A stretch of 64,000 bases of DNA from Octopus bimaculoides (lineage: Eukaryota), in NCBI RefSeq assembly GCF_001194135.2, contig NC_068982.1, positions 51,206,079 to 51,270,078 of the forward strand. The letters are read 5' to 3'. The translations under genes were made by a program, and so were the position numbers. Shown in pieces: positions 1-13,035 of this stretch. The notes below the pieces were generated by a model. The model ran no database searches and was not told the DNA's origin. It saw nothing but the letters and a program-made list of their open reading frames with translations. Each line of letters begins with the position of its first letter. The first letter of the stretch is position 1.

Positions 1-492
1 ACAGAGTGAATAGCTAGCTTCAAACAAAATACATGTCTTTCATTCAGTTTTAGTCAATGCAATACTTCTGAATTTCATGATTTTAGCTAGCTATTAGGAA
101 TAGTCATCAGAGTTTGCAAGATAAGTTGTATTTGGTAGACTAAGCATCTCATTAAAGAAAGTTTATCAGTCAGCTGCTTATTACTATGGAAATTATAAAA
201 TTAAACTTTTGCCCTGCCATGTAAAAGATCTTATCACTTATTAAAAAAATAATATATTCCAAATTTATCATTATTTAATTCTTATAGTTAAATATACATC
301 ATCCACATAGCATGAATATTATTTTTTCAAGCATCACTTTATTAATATGGCTATATAATGTTGTCTACTATAATCTAACATACAACTAATGTGTTATGTT
401 TTGAGAAGTTTAACCCTACAAAATCAACAAATTCTGTATTGTATTATGTCTATATCCTACTTATGTGTTATTACTTGTGTGTTCCATTTCAG

Positions 493-528
493 GGACTACC
501 AGGTCCAAAAGGAGACAAAGGAGAAAAG
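493..528 (+). CDS. Collagen exon, 36 bp, GLPGPKGDKGEK
   Basis: ttccatttcag|GGACTA...GAAAAG|gtattg; 4 Gly-X-Y triplets. Confidence 0.92.
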
Positions 529-1629
529 GTATTGTATTAACTTTATTTTGTTCCATGAAATAAAATGTTATTTCTGTTATCTATATACATTAAACTACTT
601 TTAAAAATGAAAATGTTTTATCATCCTGGGTGGAAATCCTGAAGCAGAAATTTTGAGTGTCAGTTTTGCCCAAGTGTAATATTTTCTATTGAATTAACAG
701 AGATGAACACCAATGGTAAATTAATGCCTATCACTATTATCATATCAAGTTTATACTATAAAAGCTGGATATTGTAACATTACACCTTCCTTTACTTAAA
801 ATTCAAAACCTCCAATCATCAAACCAATAGTATAATTTTTGCATAACAGCTTCTGAAATCAGTCTAGGTTTTCAAATGAAAATGTGGTTATTGTAACTGT
901 TACATAAAGTGAAGACTACACTCCAATCTCTCTATTAGTTTACAACTAATTGCATTCCTATTATCGAGTTAAAAAACTTGAATTTAATAATCCTAATAGA
1001 CACAAATGATAATAGAGAGAATAGATGTGCAACTCACACATTAAATATATTGAGTCTATTACAGGCAATCAGCAATACTCTTATGTTTACATACCTTTTC
1101 ACAATCTGAAAGTAAAGTAAAACTGACACTGAAATATGTTATTGAAATCTTTGAAATATATGAATCAATTTTCCAAAATGTTTGGTCTATACTAAGATCC
1201 ATTAAGCAACCAGTGCTAAAGCCTATGAAAATTGTTTAGTGAAAGGAATTGTATATGGACCAAGATAACTCTTGCAAAATATGTAAAAATGATTATACAT
1301 ATCTAATATGAATTAAACGGTCAGTATTTCTGATTTTCAACTGCAGGTTGTAAAATATAACATTTTTCAAACCAATAAGGTAATACTGAGATATCAAGGA
1401 AGAAAGACAAATAAAAAGAAAGTTAAATGCAATCAAAGTAACAAAATGAATACTTAGAAATTGATCCATTCATAGGCTCCTACAGCACTATGGCATGTGT
1501 TTTTCAATTCTATGCTTGTACACTCCAGTTTCCTAATGAAAAAGGAACAGTTATGAAATATGCAACATTTACAGTTTAGTATGAAAAATCCAAATTTCTA
1601 TTTATTTTTTTAATAAATGTTTCTTTCAG

Positions 1630-1701
1630 GGTATTCGTGGAGAAACAGGGCAGAAAGGAAATCCTGGATTACCTGGTTATGATGGTATCAAAGGTTCTAA
1701 A
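1630..1701 (+). CDS. Collagen exon, 72 bp, GIRGETGQKGNPGLPGYDGIKGSK
   Basis: ttctttcag|GGTATT...TCTAAA|gtaagt; 8 Gly-X-Y triplets. Confidence 0.96.
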
Positions 1702-2510
1702 GTAAGTAAGAAGATTCATGTATATCAATGATATTTTATAGAACAATTTCATGAATTATTGAGAAATGAGCCCTGCAAGGTGGCATGGTTGATGCATCAA
1801 GTATCACTGACCATTCTCCATGGCAATGCCATTGTGGTCATATCCATGGAGCACAGCTGAGCCCACTATTCTGGGGCTTACAACCTGTTACTCTCTCCCT
1901 CCATCTTCTGCTGCCTTTTGTTTTTCTTTTTCTTTTCATTTCAAGAGTAATTTACTCATATAATGATAGGATGGTTAGGGTTATCAACAATGTTAGTGAA
2001 ATGATTTCAGCAAGAAAGCCACAGTTGGGTAACATGTCTCCCAGAAACATTTTGTAAAGTAGAACAAAATGGCTTTTGAGGCCTTGAGAGGAAATTATGC
2101 TCAAACTTGAAATATAGGCTAAATAAACCTTGAGTCCACATTTAAGTCCTCATTGAAGTAAAGAAAACAGCATAAGATGAACTTTTAAAGTTGTAAGTTT
2201 GGTAAATTTGGTAAATAAATATAATTTTGACAGCTTTTGTTCAAATTAAAATGCAAAAGCATCACTTAAATGTATTTTTACACCTGGCTTCAATTAAAAT
2301 ACTTATAATACTTTAGAATAATAAAGAATTAGAATTGCTGTATAATGTATTAAGATTAGAATATCAGTTTGATATTATTATAATGTTAAAATTTTAATTT
2401 TCTTTATATTTCTTGTGAATAAATATTGGTTCACTTATTGTTCTTTATTTAATTGAGGAATATTAAATTAACTTTTCTTCTTCATTCTTGTGACATTATA
2501 AATTACTTTA

Positions 2511-2728
2511 AAGTGGTGAGCTGGCAGAATCGTTAGCACACCAGGCAAAATGCTTAACAGTATTTAGTCTGCTGCCTACATTCTGAGTTCAAACTCCGCT
2601 TTGGTTGACTCTACCTTTTATCCTTTTGGAGTCAATAAATGAAATACCAGTGAGAGAACACTGGGATCGATGTAATCAACTAGTCTCCTCCCCCAAATTT
2701 CAGGCCTTGTGCTTATAGTAGAAAAGGT
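2511..2728 (+). mobile_element. tRNA-derived SINE with 15-bp target-site duplication
   Basis: A-box-like GGTGAGCTGGCAGAATCG and B-box-like GAGTTCAAACTCC; flanked by ttataaattacttta at 2496-2510 and 2729-2743; same family as 59759-59991. Confidence 0.82.
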
Positions 2729-3164
2729 TTATAAATTACTTTACTTTCTATGATTATGTGTTGGAAAGTACAATACTAATATTTAATCTTTACTGAAAAA
2801 TTTCCTCTTTGGATACTTTTTCTGTTTTATTTTATTTTTATTCATAATTATGCTGCTTTCTCAGTATCACTTAATTTTTAGTTTGTGATTATTTTATATA
2901 ACTGTTCTACATTCTACATTATTTTTTTACTAACATGATCTTTAAAATTATGTGGTATCATCAAGGAATTTATGAACTATGGATTAATTAATAGTTTTAA
3001 TAATTGTTTTTGATAAATTAATATTAAAATTATTTTCTCAGAATCTTATAGGGTTCTGTGTTTTCATTAAAGACAGTATCATTAATTTAATGAATAATTA
3101 CCTTTTTTTTTTTGATGACTTTGCCATTCAAGGCTAACAATCTACCAGAGAAAATACATGTCGC

Positions 3165-3830
3165 TAATTACCAACTGGGTCCAGTGGACCCAAAATTTTT
3201 CTTTTAATTAAATTTTATTCGAACTACCACTATTTCTTAGCTACATTATAGATACCATTAGGTGAATAAAGAATTACTGTTTCTCACTAATTTTAATTAA
3301 AAAAGATACAGCATACAGAATATATTCTAAATTTTAAAAATTACAAAAATACAGAATTACAGCTTTTTATGACAGTGAATGCAGGCAACATTGGAATGTT
3401 CTTGGCAAACATGGATATTACAATTCTTACATGTAGTACAAGTTTTCCTGTCTTTTTTGGGGCCGCACAAAGAACATATTCCTTTTTTCTTTGGATGAGG
3501 AATCGCAAATGAGGTTGAAGATTGTCTTCTTGTTTGGTTAAGAAATGTTAGTGGAACTAGAAGATTGTTTGCCATGTTCTTGTTTAGCATTAACTCCATT
3601 GGTAGACTGAAGGTTAATTATAGAGAATGTAAATTTGGGATCAGTTAATTCCAACTCCTTATCAAATGAAGAGCCATACTTTTAAATCTGTTGAAGATGA
3701 AATGACCCTGATGTGATGACTGATGATGAGTTAAACTCCTATAAATACACTTTGTTGCAAACTTTTTTGGTGATCAATAAAACACCATTCCAATACAATT
3801 TGGGGTTCTTGTAGATAGAGTGCAAATGAA
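3165..3830 (-). mobile_element. piggyBac-like transposase remnant (C-terminal Cys-rich domain)
   Basis: ORF 3357-3599 ends CSLCGPKKDRKTCTTCKNCNIHVCQEHSNVACIHC, matching the piggyBac C-terminal Cys/His domain pattern; upstream TLSTRTPNCIGMV resembles the RKTxRWPM motif; small palindrome GGGTCC-agt-GGACCC at 3177-3191. Confidence 0.72.
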
Positions 3831-5210
3831 ACCTCAAAATTGCTACTTAAAAAGATCTCTTGTGAAATACAGACAAATAAGACAATATGTCAACAAATAT
3901 ATTATCTTGGAATATTATTAATTATTAATACAAGATCATTCCTAAGAAATAATGCTACAATCCAGCTAAACAGAAAACTTTATCAAACAGGGTCCATGCA
4001 AATTAAGTTGAGTCAAGTAGAAAATTGACATATAGACTTCAGAAATATTAGAGTATTAGATGTGATTATGAAAAAAAGGACTATAAAAAAAACTTAATTG
4101 AAATATATTTATAATTCATAAATCTTTCTCATCAATAACTTCAAACCAATGTGAATTAAGAATATTTTTTAAGAATCTTCTTTTGTAGGTATTATTTTCA
4201 TTATCACAACTATCATTATTGTATTATCACAGTTCTAAATCTGTTTATTAAAGCTTACAAACCAAATTAATCATTGAAAGGCGAAACAACAAAATTTCTT
4301 ATGAGTACTTCAATGATTTCCTGGTTCAGTTTTCAGTTTATATTTTGAAAAAGTACATGAACATGGAACATTGGGTTTATGGTCATCAAACAAAACACTC
4401 CTTTATGTTTGCCTAAAGCTTCATGTCTTTTTAAAACCAATATTATTTTTTAATGGTGATGTTGTTTTTAATATTAAATGTTGTTTCAATATTTTAATTT
4501 CAAACTTTAGAATAAATACTTTCCTATGTTAATATTCAGCTCCATATTAAAAAATTTAGAATCATTAACTCATACTATACAGATTTATTCATAATAACCT
4601 TAATGTTCCTTTATTTATCAATATACAAGTTGAATTTTGAAAATTAAATTAGTTCTGCTTTATTTACAATTAAACTGGATGAAATTACTCAAATATTTTT
4701 TTTAAATTTAGCTTTAATCCTACCATTAAATTATGTGTATGAGCCCCAAAATCCAAAGGGCCAAAGAAGCAGCACCTGTCATTGTCTTTATGTAATATAG
4801 CTAAATTACATCAGCTTTTTGAAGCCCATTACTTTTTTAAAATAAACTCATGGGGAGTTTTGAACTCAACACTGTGAGTTAATGAAAATATTTCAATTAT
4901 ATAGTTCAGGTATGAATAACATTATCATTTTTTACCCGTGTATTTACTGCCTTGATTGTGAATACAATGAAGTACAGTTAACAAGACAGTGATCTTTCAG
5001 CCATTCAATGAACTAAGCTGGCTGCAGCTTACAAAAAAAACCAAAATGTTAAAAACTAGAATAAACGAAATTTGCATCAGTGTATAAAATATTTAAACAT
5101 AACACACTACATGTATGGTCCACAAAACTGAAAATTCAACATTTAATATGAACTGTTTATGTAAAGGAAGTTGCAACAACTGCTATTAATATATATATTT
5201 TCCTTTTTAG

Positions 5211-5261
5211 ACAGGAGTGAAGCGTTCAGTTAAACTTCAAGATGGATTAATCCATCTAAAG
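5211..5261 (+). CDS. Non-collagenous interruption exon, 51 bp, TGVKRSVKLQDGLIHLK
   Basis: ttttcctttttag|ACAGGA...CTAAAG|gtattt; phase 0/0, open; ends in the same hydrophobic-x-hydrophobic-K motif as exon 7183-7254. Confidence 0.72.
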
Positions 5262-5638
5262 GTATTTGTTACTAACCCACTTCTTAAATTCACTTATTTA
5301 TAAATTTATGGTTTAAATTTATATCAATATCATTTATTTCAAAATAATTCCATCATCACTTCGTTAAAGAATGTCATTTGAAATTAAATCCATCTTACTA
5401 AAATCTTTTATTATTGTATTAATTTATTTTATAACAGAGTGTATTTCACTTTGTGATGTTGCCTCTGTAAATATCTTCGAAAAAACGGTTTGCAGCATAG
5501 GAAATTTCTAAGTATTTACATCATTATTAACATTTAAATAATATTATCTTTCTTTCTTCCTAGATGTGATACATTAATTTCTCACAATTCTGTTTGTATT
5601 ATTAATTACACATTCATAATGATATACTTTTTTTCTAG

Positions 5639-5668
5639 GATGCTACATATGAAGTTATAACCATTAAG
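5639..5668 (+). CDS. Non-collagenous micro-exon, 30 bp, DATYEVITIK
   Basis: tttttttctag|GATGCT...ATTAAG|gtttgt; phase 0/0; resembles DAEIRIIELK at the end of the next exon. Confidence 0.62.
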
Positions 5669-5820
5669 GTTTGTGCTTAGATCCTCAGATTTTTGCATGT
5701 TTTCTTACAACTGCACTTTTATTTCTCAAAAAGGTAGCTTCTAAATCAACTCATTTTCTTTCTAATTATTGACATCTGATATTGAAGTTAGAAAAACTTG
5801 AAAGAAACATGCATATTATC

Positions 5821-5856
<36 letters not shown>

Positions 5857-7182
5857 GTGACATGCATGTTTCTTTCAACTTTTCCTATCTTCAGCACAGC
5901 ATTTACTAGAGGTCCACCAAACATACCAACTTTGATCTAGACATCAGAGAGCTCTCAGTTCATAAAATGGATTTTGAAAAGCTACACCTCAAAATTCTAA
6001 GGCTTTTACTAGCTGTTTTATAAATCCTAGTTTTGTATAAATTTGGGGGTAATAAAACCTTTTAGGTCTCGCAAGTGGCTGCCTGATCGCATTTAATTTT
6101 CTTGGCTGTAATTCCTACTGTGGAGGTCCAGTGAACTTAATGATAATGATCACTAACACCCCTGTTTTATCATAAACAAAGGAAAAAGGCAATCATCTTG
6201 AAATCCCCTTACACATCTCACTTAAATTCTATTCAGGTGATTTTCTCAAATAGCTGTTGTACATTTTCATTATATTCTTTCATTTGCCCTAAGTAGTAGA
6301 GGTGGTTATTGGTTTCAATTGTGAAGTTATCTGTACTTCTAATTACTAAGAGCTTGTAAGCTCAGCTTACAGGTTCTTAATAAAAGTACAAGTTTCATAG
6401 TAATCTAACCACAATAAATATTAATTCCATTTACAGATACTTGTGATATCAGTAGGCTATAGAAGACAATGTCTGGCTACTGATGGGTTTACCTTCACTA
6501 TCTATCATCATTGTAATGTCAAGAATGCAAGGAAACATAATCATCATCATGATTCTCTCCATATTCTGGGAATACTCATTCTCATACCTTTTAGCTATCC
6601 TTCATGAATAGATTAACAACTTGCACATATTACATGGCGGTGAGGGTAGCAAAGATTGTTTTAGTCACTGGTAGTTACTCTGAAGTACATCCTTTATGCT
6701 GTCCAAAAATTGGCAGAATTCAAAATTTCATGTGATGTTAGTTTGAGTCCAACAAAATATCTATAAAGATAATGCATTTAGCCGGTTTTGGCATTTTTAC
6801 TTGAAATAGCAGTTGAATTTTCCTTGGGCTATAGGCTATTGTCTTAAACAAAAATGACACACCATCTGAATAAAATACGGGATGACATGGCTTGAATGCC
6901 TTTTATCATAATTTTGTTCACTTAAGGCTAACTTATTGATAAACAATTACAAAACAAGGTGAGAAAATGAGTTAATTTACAACTAAATGCTACTATCTTT
7001 TTCCACTTTCAGATTCATATTTCTCAAAAGCAAGCATGACGGAAAATATTTACTGCATTTATTTTTCTTCTTTTTGATATTTTATTTTATTTTAAGTTCT
7101 GCTTTAGTCTTTACACAAGGAACATTTAACTAGAATGAATGTGCATGTTTTAATCTTCAGTTTGTTTTGCATGTATTGTTAG

Positions 7183-7254
7183 GGAGACCGTGGCCCCAAA
7201 GGCTTACCAGGTGCTCTTGGGGAAGATGCAGAAATAAGAATTATTGAATTAAAG
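7183..7254 (+). CDS. Collagen exon, 72 bp, GDRGPKGLPGALGEDAEIRIIELK
   Basis: gtattgttag|GGAGAC...TTAAAG|gtaaat; 5 Gly-X-Y triplets then an interruption. Confidence 0.93.
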
Positions 7255-7352
7255 GTAAATAGATATTTTAACTGATTTTAGAGATTTAAAAAAATATATA
7301 TACAGTGTAGCTTTTAATTAACCACGACATTTAAATATAAATATATTATATA

Positions 7353-8090
7353 TTGGGTCATTCCATGAATAATGCAGTTTTTTATACGTGAAGACCTTCT
7401 TTATCCTGGGGTGCCGATGTTTCTCTTTTCCTTAACCACTGTCTTTGGTGCTTTACATTTTTATAAAGAACCCATTTCTCATCACCAGTCACCATTTGGT
7501 CCAAAAAAGGTTCATTCATGAGACGTGACAGCAAGGAAGAATATACATTCACTCTTTGCACACGATTAGACTCAGCAAGTTTGTGAGGAACCCATTCACC
7601 CAATTTGCTAACTTTTTCAATGGCATACAGGTGTCAATTAATGGTCGAATGATCAAATTGAAGCTTCTCTGCTAGTTCCTCAACAGTTTCGATGGGAATT
7701 TGTTCCACCAGGTTTTGCAGAATGTCCTTGTCAAGCTCTACAGATCTTCCAGGACAAGAACTTGGAATTTCTGGAACCACTGTTGACATTGGCTTACACT
7801 CATTATTCAATCCCCATATACTGCATTAATATTCTTTGTACTTTCCATTGAGTTGTTGCTGTTATTGAACTCATAAAGCAAAATATGCCGAATATGCTCC
7901 TTTGTCACTTCCATTATAGCTTTGAAAAAATATCTGTTAAAATCGAACTGCACTCTTCAAAACTTGCACTAAGAATAAGCACAAGGTAAAATTACTACCA
8001 GCTTTTATAGTAAGTTGATGCAGGTAGTTTATCCCGTCCCCCTCCAACTTTAAGTTGATGCAATTGAAAAAAACCACATTATTTATGATA
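7353..8090 (-). mobile_element. Mariner transposon, internally deleted
   Basis: Transposase N-terminus MEVTKEHIRHILLYEF from ATG at 7914; WVPHKL and VTGDEKW motifs (ORF 7382-7603); TA plus TIR TTGGGTCATTCCATGAATAATGCAGTTTTT at 7353 and partial inverted copy AAAAACCACATTATTTATG at 8069-8087. Confidence 0.9.
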
Positions 8091-8158
8091 TATACACACA
8101 TGTATACATTCAGTATAGGTTTTAATTAGCCATGATTTTTAATAATAAAACTGTTATT

Positions 8159-8373
8159 TTCACCCTTTCATTACCGTATTTATTTTGAGATGCTCTATGT
8201 TTCTTTCAATTAATTTTAAATATAACAAAGAATTAAGTAAAATAACTTATAAGTCATAACATAATTTGTGTCTATGGTTTCATGGAAGATTTTAACTCAA
8301 GACTTAAGAAAACAAAACATTTGTACTACAGAGCCAGAGGTAGTTTCAGCTGGGTTTTTATCAAAAGGGTTAA
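8159..8373. mobile_element. Non-autonomous piggyBac-type MITE (~215 bp)
   Basis: Ends ttcaCCCTTTCATTAC and ATCAAAAGGGTTAA are imperfect inverted TTAA-CCCTTT termini; no coding capacity; a related left end sits at 13741. Confidence 0.6.
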
Positions 8374-9374
8374 AGCATATTTATGGCTAAAGTAGGGCAT
8401 CACAGGTTTTTGACTGCTCTTGCTATAGCAGTTGCTTATACAAGTTGTCACTTGTTAATATAAATAGTTACTCTATTTACTCTAGCTTTATAGTTCCATC
8501 CATTGAAGGATTCTCATCACTAGATAACCAGACATTTTGATAAGTTTATACTACCAAATAGTCACCATATTGATATTGCAGAAAGTAAAATGGAAGACAT
8601 AATTTTACTATATCTCCAAAAGCTATATTAACATCACATAAGTGAAATAGAATAGCTAAATTTGCAAAACAGCTGATGTATTGCACAGTTCAAGCTATAT
8701 CAATACAATATGGACATGGAATGATAAATTTGTATTAAATTGAGTTTACAAAGTTCTATTATGCAGGAATTTTTTTCCTTTGAATCCTCAAATAAAGCTT
8801 TTACATCACGAGAAGACCATTTTAGATTTCATTCATGGAAGCAATATACAAATAGGTGATTTCTTTTATTTGATTATCAAAATTTATTATTATCATGATT
8901 TTTTTCCTGCACATGGCTTTAGGATGCAACATAGACAGTTGCATATGCATATTAAATTTTAAAATTCCTCTTATTGTTTAAATAGCACTTCTTTTTATTT
9001 CTTAACTGTAATAAAGTGTTATTTCTTAGTGCTTGCATTATTGTTTTACATTCAAATGCATGTAAATGTTTATTTGTGTTAAACTTTCAAAACATTCCCA
9101 AACTGTGTTTCAAAACATTTTGCTAGATTAAACAGATTTATTCAAAGCATGTAGCTTACTTATGTTGCATGATTACATCTGCTTTAGGCAAATTACCATA
9201 ATGAAATTTACTATTATAATCATTTCTACTATATTACTAGACATGTACCATTACAATTCTTATTTACTGTATAAGATTTATTTATATTGTAACAATCAAA
9301 TCTTGAATCTTAACCAGTTGGGAGAATTTTCTTCAAGTCCACAATCATAAGGCAGTTCATTGTTTTTTTCTGTA

Positions 9375-9396
9375 TCTATATATATAAAAATGAGAA

Positions 9397-9427
<31 letters not shown>

Positions 9428-10730
9428 GTGAATCCCTAAAACTCGAGAACTACGCAACCAATTTCATTCAAATTTTACACATGTTTTAGTGCAAAAAAAT
9501 TATTAACTTCTTGCAGANNNNNNNNNNNNNNNNNNNNNNNNNNNNNNNNNNNNNNNNNNNNNNNNNNNNNNNNNNNNNNNNNNNNNNNNNNNNNNNNNNN
9601 NNNNNNNNNNNNNNNNNNNNNNNNNNNNNNNNNNNNNNNNNNNNNNNNNNNNNNNNNNNNNNNNNNNNNNNNNNNNNNNNNNNNNNNNNNNNNNNNNNNN
9701 NNNNNNNNNNNNNNNNNNNNNNNNNNNNNNNNNNNNNNNNNNNNNNNNNNNNNNNNNNNNNNNNNNNNNNNNNNNNNNNNNNNNNNNNNNNNNNNNNNNN
9801 NNNNNNNNNNNNNNNNNNNNNNNNNNNNNNNNNNNNNNNNNNNNNNNNNNNNNNNNNNNNNNNNNNNNNNNNNNNNNNNNNNNNNNNNNNNNNNNNNNNN
9901 NNNNNNNNNNNNNNNNNNNNNNNNNNNNNNNNNNNNNNNNNNNNNNNNNNNNNNNNNNNNNNNNNNNNNNNNNNNNNNNNNNNNNNNNNNNNNNNNNNNN
10001 NNNNNNNNNNNNNNNNNNNNNNNNNNNNNNNNNNNNNNNNNNNNNNNNNNNNNNNNNNNNNNNNNNNNNNNNNNNNNNNNNNNNNNNNNNNNNNNNNNNN
10101 NNNNNNNNNNNNNNNNNNNNNNNNNNNNNNNNNNNNNNNNNNNNNNNNNNNNNNNNNNNNNNNNNNNNNNNNNNNNNNNNNNNNNNNNNNNNNNNNNNNN
10201 NNNNNNNNNNNNNNNNNNNNNNNNNNNNNNNNNNNNNNNNNNNNNNNNNNNNNNNNNNNNNNNNNNNNNNNNNNNNNNNNNNNNNNNNNNNNNNNNNNNN
10301 NNNNNNNNNNNNNNNNNNNNNNNNNNNNNNNNNNNNNNNNNNNNNNNNNNNNNNNNNNNNNNNNNNNNNNNNNNNNNNNNNNNNNNNNNNNNNNNNNNNN
10401 NNNNNNNNNNATGGACAACTGTATGTTGGCTGCTCAAGAGTGGGCAGCAACAAAAAACCTATTTGTATATGCTCCACAAGGGAAAACAAAGAACATAGTT
10501 TACAATGAGGTGTTATAATCACAACAGCAAGAAAGTATGTACATGATCACCTTCTTTTACGAAACTTCATTGACTTTCATATATTTATATTGATATACAT
10601 ATATATATACGTGTGTTTGGGTGCGTGTGTGTATATACATCTCTATATATAAAGATGATGCGTAGTCTAGACAGCGTTTTTAGATTTCATTATTCTCTTT
10701 AACCCGGGCAACGCCGGGTATTTCTGCTAG
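9375..10730 (+). mobile_element. Helitron (deletion derivative) spanning an assembly gap
   Basis: A|TC 5' end followed by (TCTG)n; PIF1-helicase C-terminus (H)GQLYVGCSRVGSNK/KNLFVYAPQGKTKNIVYNEVL* at 10411-10518 with one frameshift; 3' hairpin ACCCGG-gcaacg-CCGGGT (10702-10719) then CTAG|T. Confidence 0.85.
9518..10410. other. Assembly gap (893 N)
   Basis: Run of N; smaller gaps at 22319-22328, 34753-34835 and 52218-52240. Confidence 1.
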
Positions 10731-11635
10731 TCTCCTATATAATTTAGAAGTGCCAAATCGAAATAATTTGTTTTTTTAATATAGTCATTAAACATTATTT
10801 CCTAGCAATCACTATCTTTTTATTTTCATTATTTCTTGTTTACTTCTTTCAACTTTTTCTTTCCATTTCTTTCTGCACATACAATTAGTTAGTCATTTTC
10901 ATTACTAGGTTGTGTTAGGTAAATAATAAAAAAAACATACAGAACTTAAATATTACATTAAAACAACCTGTATTATATTTATTATTTTAAGTAACCATAT
11001 TTCTGCTGCTGCTTGTTCATTTGTCTGTTTATGGTGAATTTTGGTTAAAGTATTATATAACATAAACATTGAAGTTAAAATTAAGAAAATTTTCATTGAG
11101 CATGCATTTTTTTCTAAGACATCATTGTAATTCATTTTCTCATGTCTCTTATGCCTTTTATTATATTACTTTGTCCAAGGTCAACATTAACTTTGTTGCA
11201 AATTTTTATGTTGTTTCTTTAAATAATATTAATCACAATACCAGTAGTTATCCATTATAGATTTCTTTCTTGCTCATACCAATAGATCTGTTTGTATCAT
11301 ACGGAAAAAGTTAATGAAATCAAATTTAATCTAGCTTTACCTGATGTTACTAAAAGAACAATAGTTTATGTATTTTTACATTATTGCTAAGAAAGAAACA
11401 CATTATACTGAAGAAAATTTTAACTTTTCCTTGCTGAATGTAATGAAAGCAAAAATATTTACTAAGTATCCTTTTATGAAGTCTAGACAGTTACAGATTT
11501 GATAAGTTATAGTTAGCTCACTTTCTAAAGAATTAAAATCAACTGTAATAAATTCTGTAAACATTTGTTTTTATTTACTTTGTTTTTTATACTTTAAAAT
11601 TAAATACAATTTTTATTTCCATTTTAAACTTTTAG

Positions 11636-11734
11636 GGTGAACCAGGTGACGCAGGGCGTCCTGGTCCTCCAGGTCCTAAAGGCACACCTGGTCTGCCAGG
11701 ATTTGATGGATTAACAGGTGCACCAGGAGAACCA
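11636..11734 (+). CDS. Collagen exon, 99 bp, GEPGDAGRPGPPGPKGTPGLPGFDGLTGAPGEP
   Basis: aacttttag|GGTGAA...GAACCA|gtaata; 11 triplets. Confidence 0.96.
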
Positions 11735-11934
11735 GTAATATTTTTATTTTATTTCTATTCAAACTTTATTAAAACTTTGCTAGAAATTTAATATTTATCA
11801 AATAATTAAAACTTTTTAATATTACTGTTTATAATAGAAATGGTGTAATATTTACATTTCTTTAATACAGTGTAAATAAAATAGTGTTATTGAAAAGACA
11901 TCATTCAAAGAAAAAAGAAATACAGTATTTAGTA

Positions 11935-12092
11935 GTGCCATTGCTGTATGGTTTAGAAGTTAGGTTTGCAGCCTAATGAATCTAAGTTCAATCTCACTGC
12001 ACAGAACCTTGGGCAAGTGCCTTTCTACCATAGCCTTGGATTGAGTAATGCCTTTCGAGTGAAACTTGATATTTGGACACTATGCAGTAGCC
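11935..12092 (+). mobile_element. Degenerate tRNA-derived SINE (family of 52981-53345)
   Basis: aagttcaatctcactgcacagaaccttgggcaagtgcctttctaccatagcc matches the head and core of the 52981 copy. Confidence 0.65.
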
Positions 12093-12312
12093 AAGTGTGC
12101 TTTCAATGAAAACCATAAACATCTGGAAAAAAATTGATAAAATTGGTGTTTTGCAACAAAAATACTTTGTGACATTTGTTCTGAGTTGCACAGATGCTCC
12201 CTTGACACTCTTACCGTTTAAACAAAATGGGTTAAAATAAGTGATTGGTCCACTGGAAACATCTTAAAAATTGAAGTATATGCAATATAAAAAGAAAACA
12301 AATAAAGTTTAA

Positions 12313-13035
12313 CTGGAACTGGTAAGCCAGAGAGCTGTACAAAGCTCCAGTCTGATTTTGGCTTGGTTTCTACAGCATGAGAGTGCCTTTTACATGAATG
12401 CCTTTTATGTGTCACCATCACAGGTGCTTTTTACCTGTTATTGTTATGGGTACCTTTTACGTGTCACCAACATGAGTGCCTTTTACATGTCACTGTCATG
12501 GGTGCCTTTTATGTGTCACTAGCACAGTCCACAACTACAATTCCATTTGGCCTGATGAGTCTTCCCAAGTACAGCAAACTGTCAAAGGTCTCAAACATTT
12601 GCCATTGCCTCTGTGAGGCCCAATATGCTTCACCACCTCATCCCATATCTTCTTGTGTCTACCTTTTTCACAGGTTCCCTCCACAGTTAGGGATTAGCAC
12701 TTCTTTATACAACTGTCCTTGTCCATATGCATCACATGACCAAACCAGCACTGTCTTCTCTTTTACACACCACATCTGATACCTCTTATACCCAATTTTT
12801 CACTCAACATGCTTACACTCTGTTGTACATGCACACTGACATTGCACATCCAGTGAAGCATACTAGCTTCATTTCTTTCAAGCCTTCGCACATCCTCTGC
12901 AATCACAGCCTGTTTCACTGCCATGTAGTATAGCTGTCTGCTCATAGGCATCATACAATCTCCCTTTCACTTTGAGGGAGAGGCTCTTTGTTACCAACAA
13001 AGGTAGAAGCTCTCTTTGTTACCAACAAAAGTAGA
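12313..13035 (-). mobile_element. RTE-clade LINE, 5'-truncated 3' fragment
   Basis: Minus-strand RRLERNEASMLHWMCNVSVHVQQSVSMLSEKLGIRGIRCGV, homologous to the copy at 42450-42824; ~26-bp tandem duplication at the truncation point (12984-13035). Confidence 0.85.

Noticed and set aside
12553-12590. GGC-CTGATGA-GTC hammerhead-like start
   Set aside because: No GAAA core; it sits in the antisense of the RTE ORF end and is explained by point mutation.
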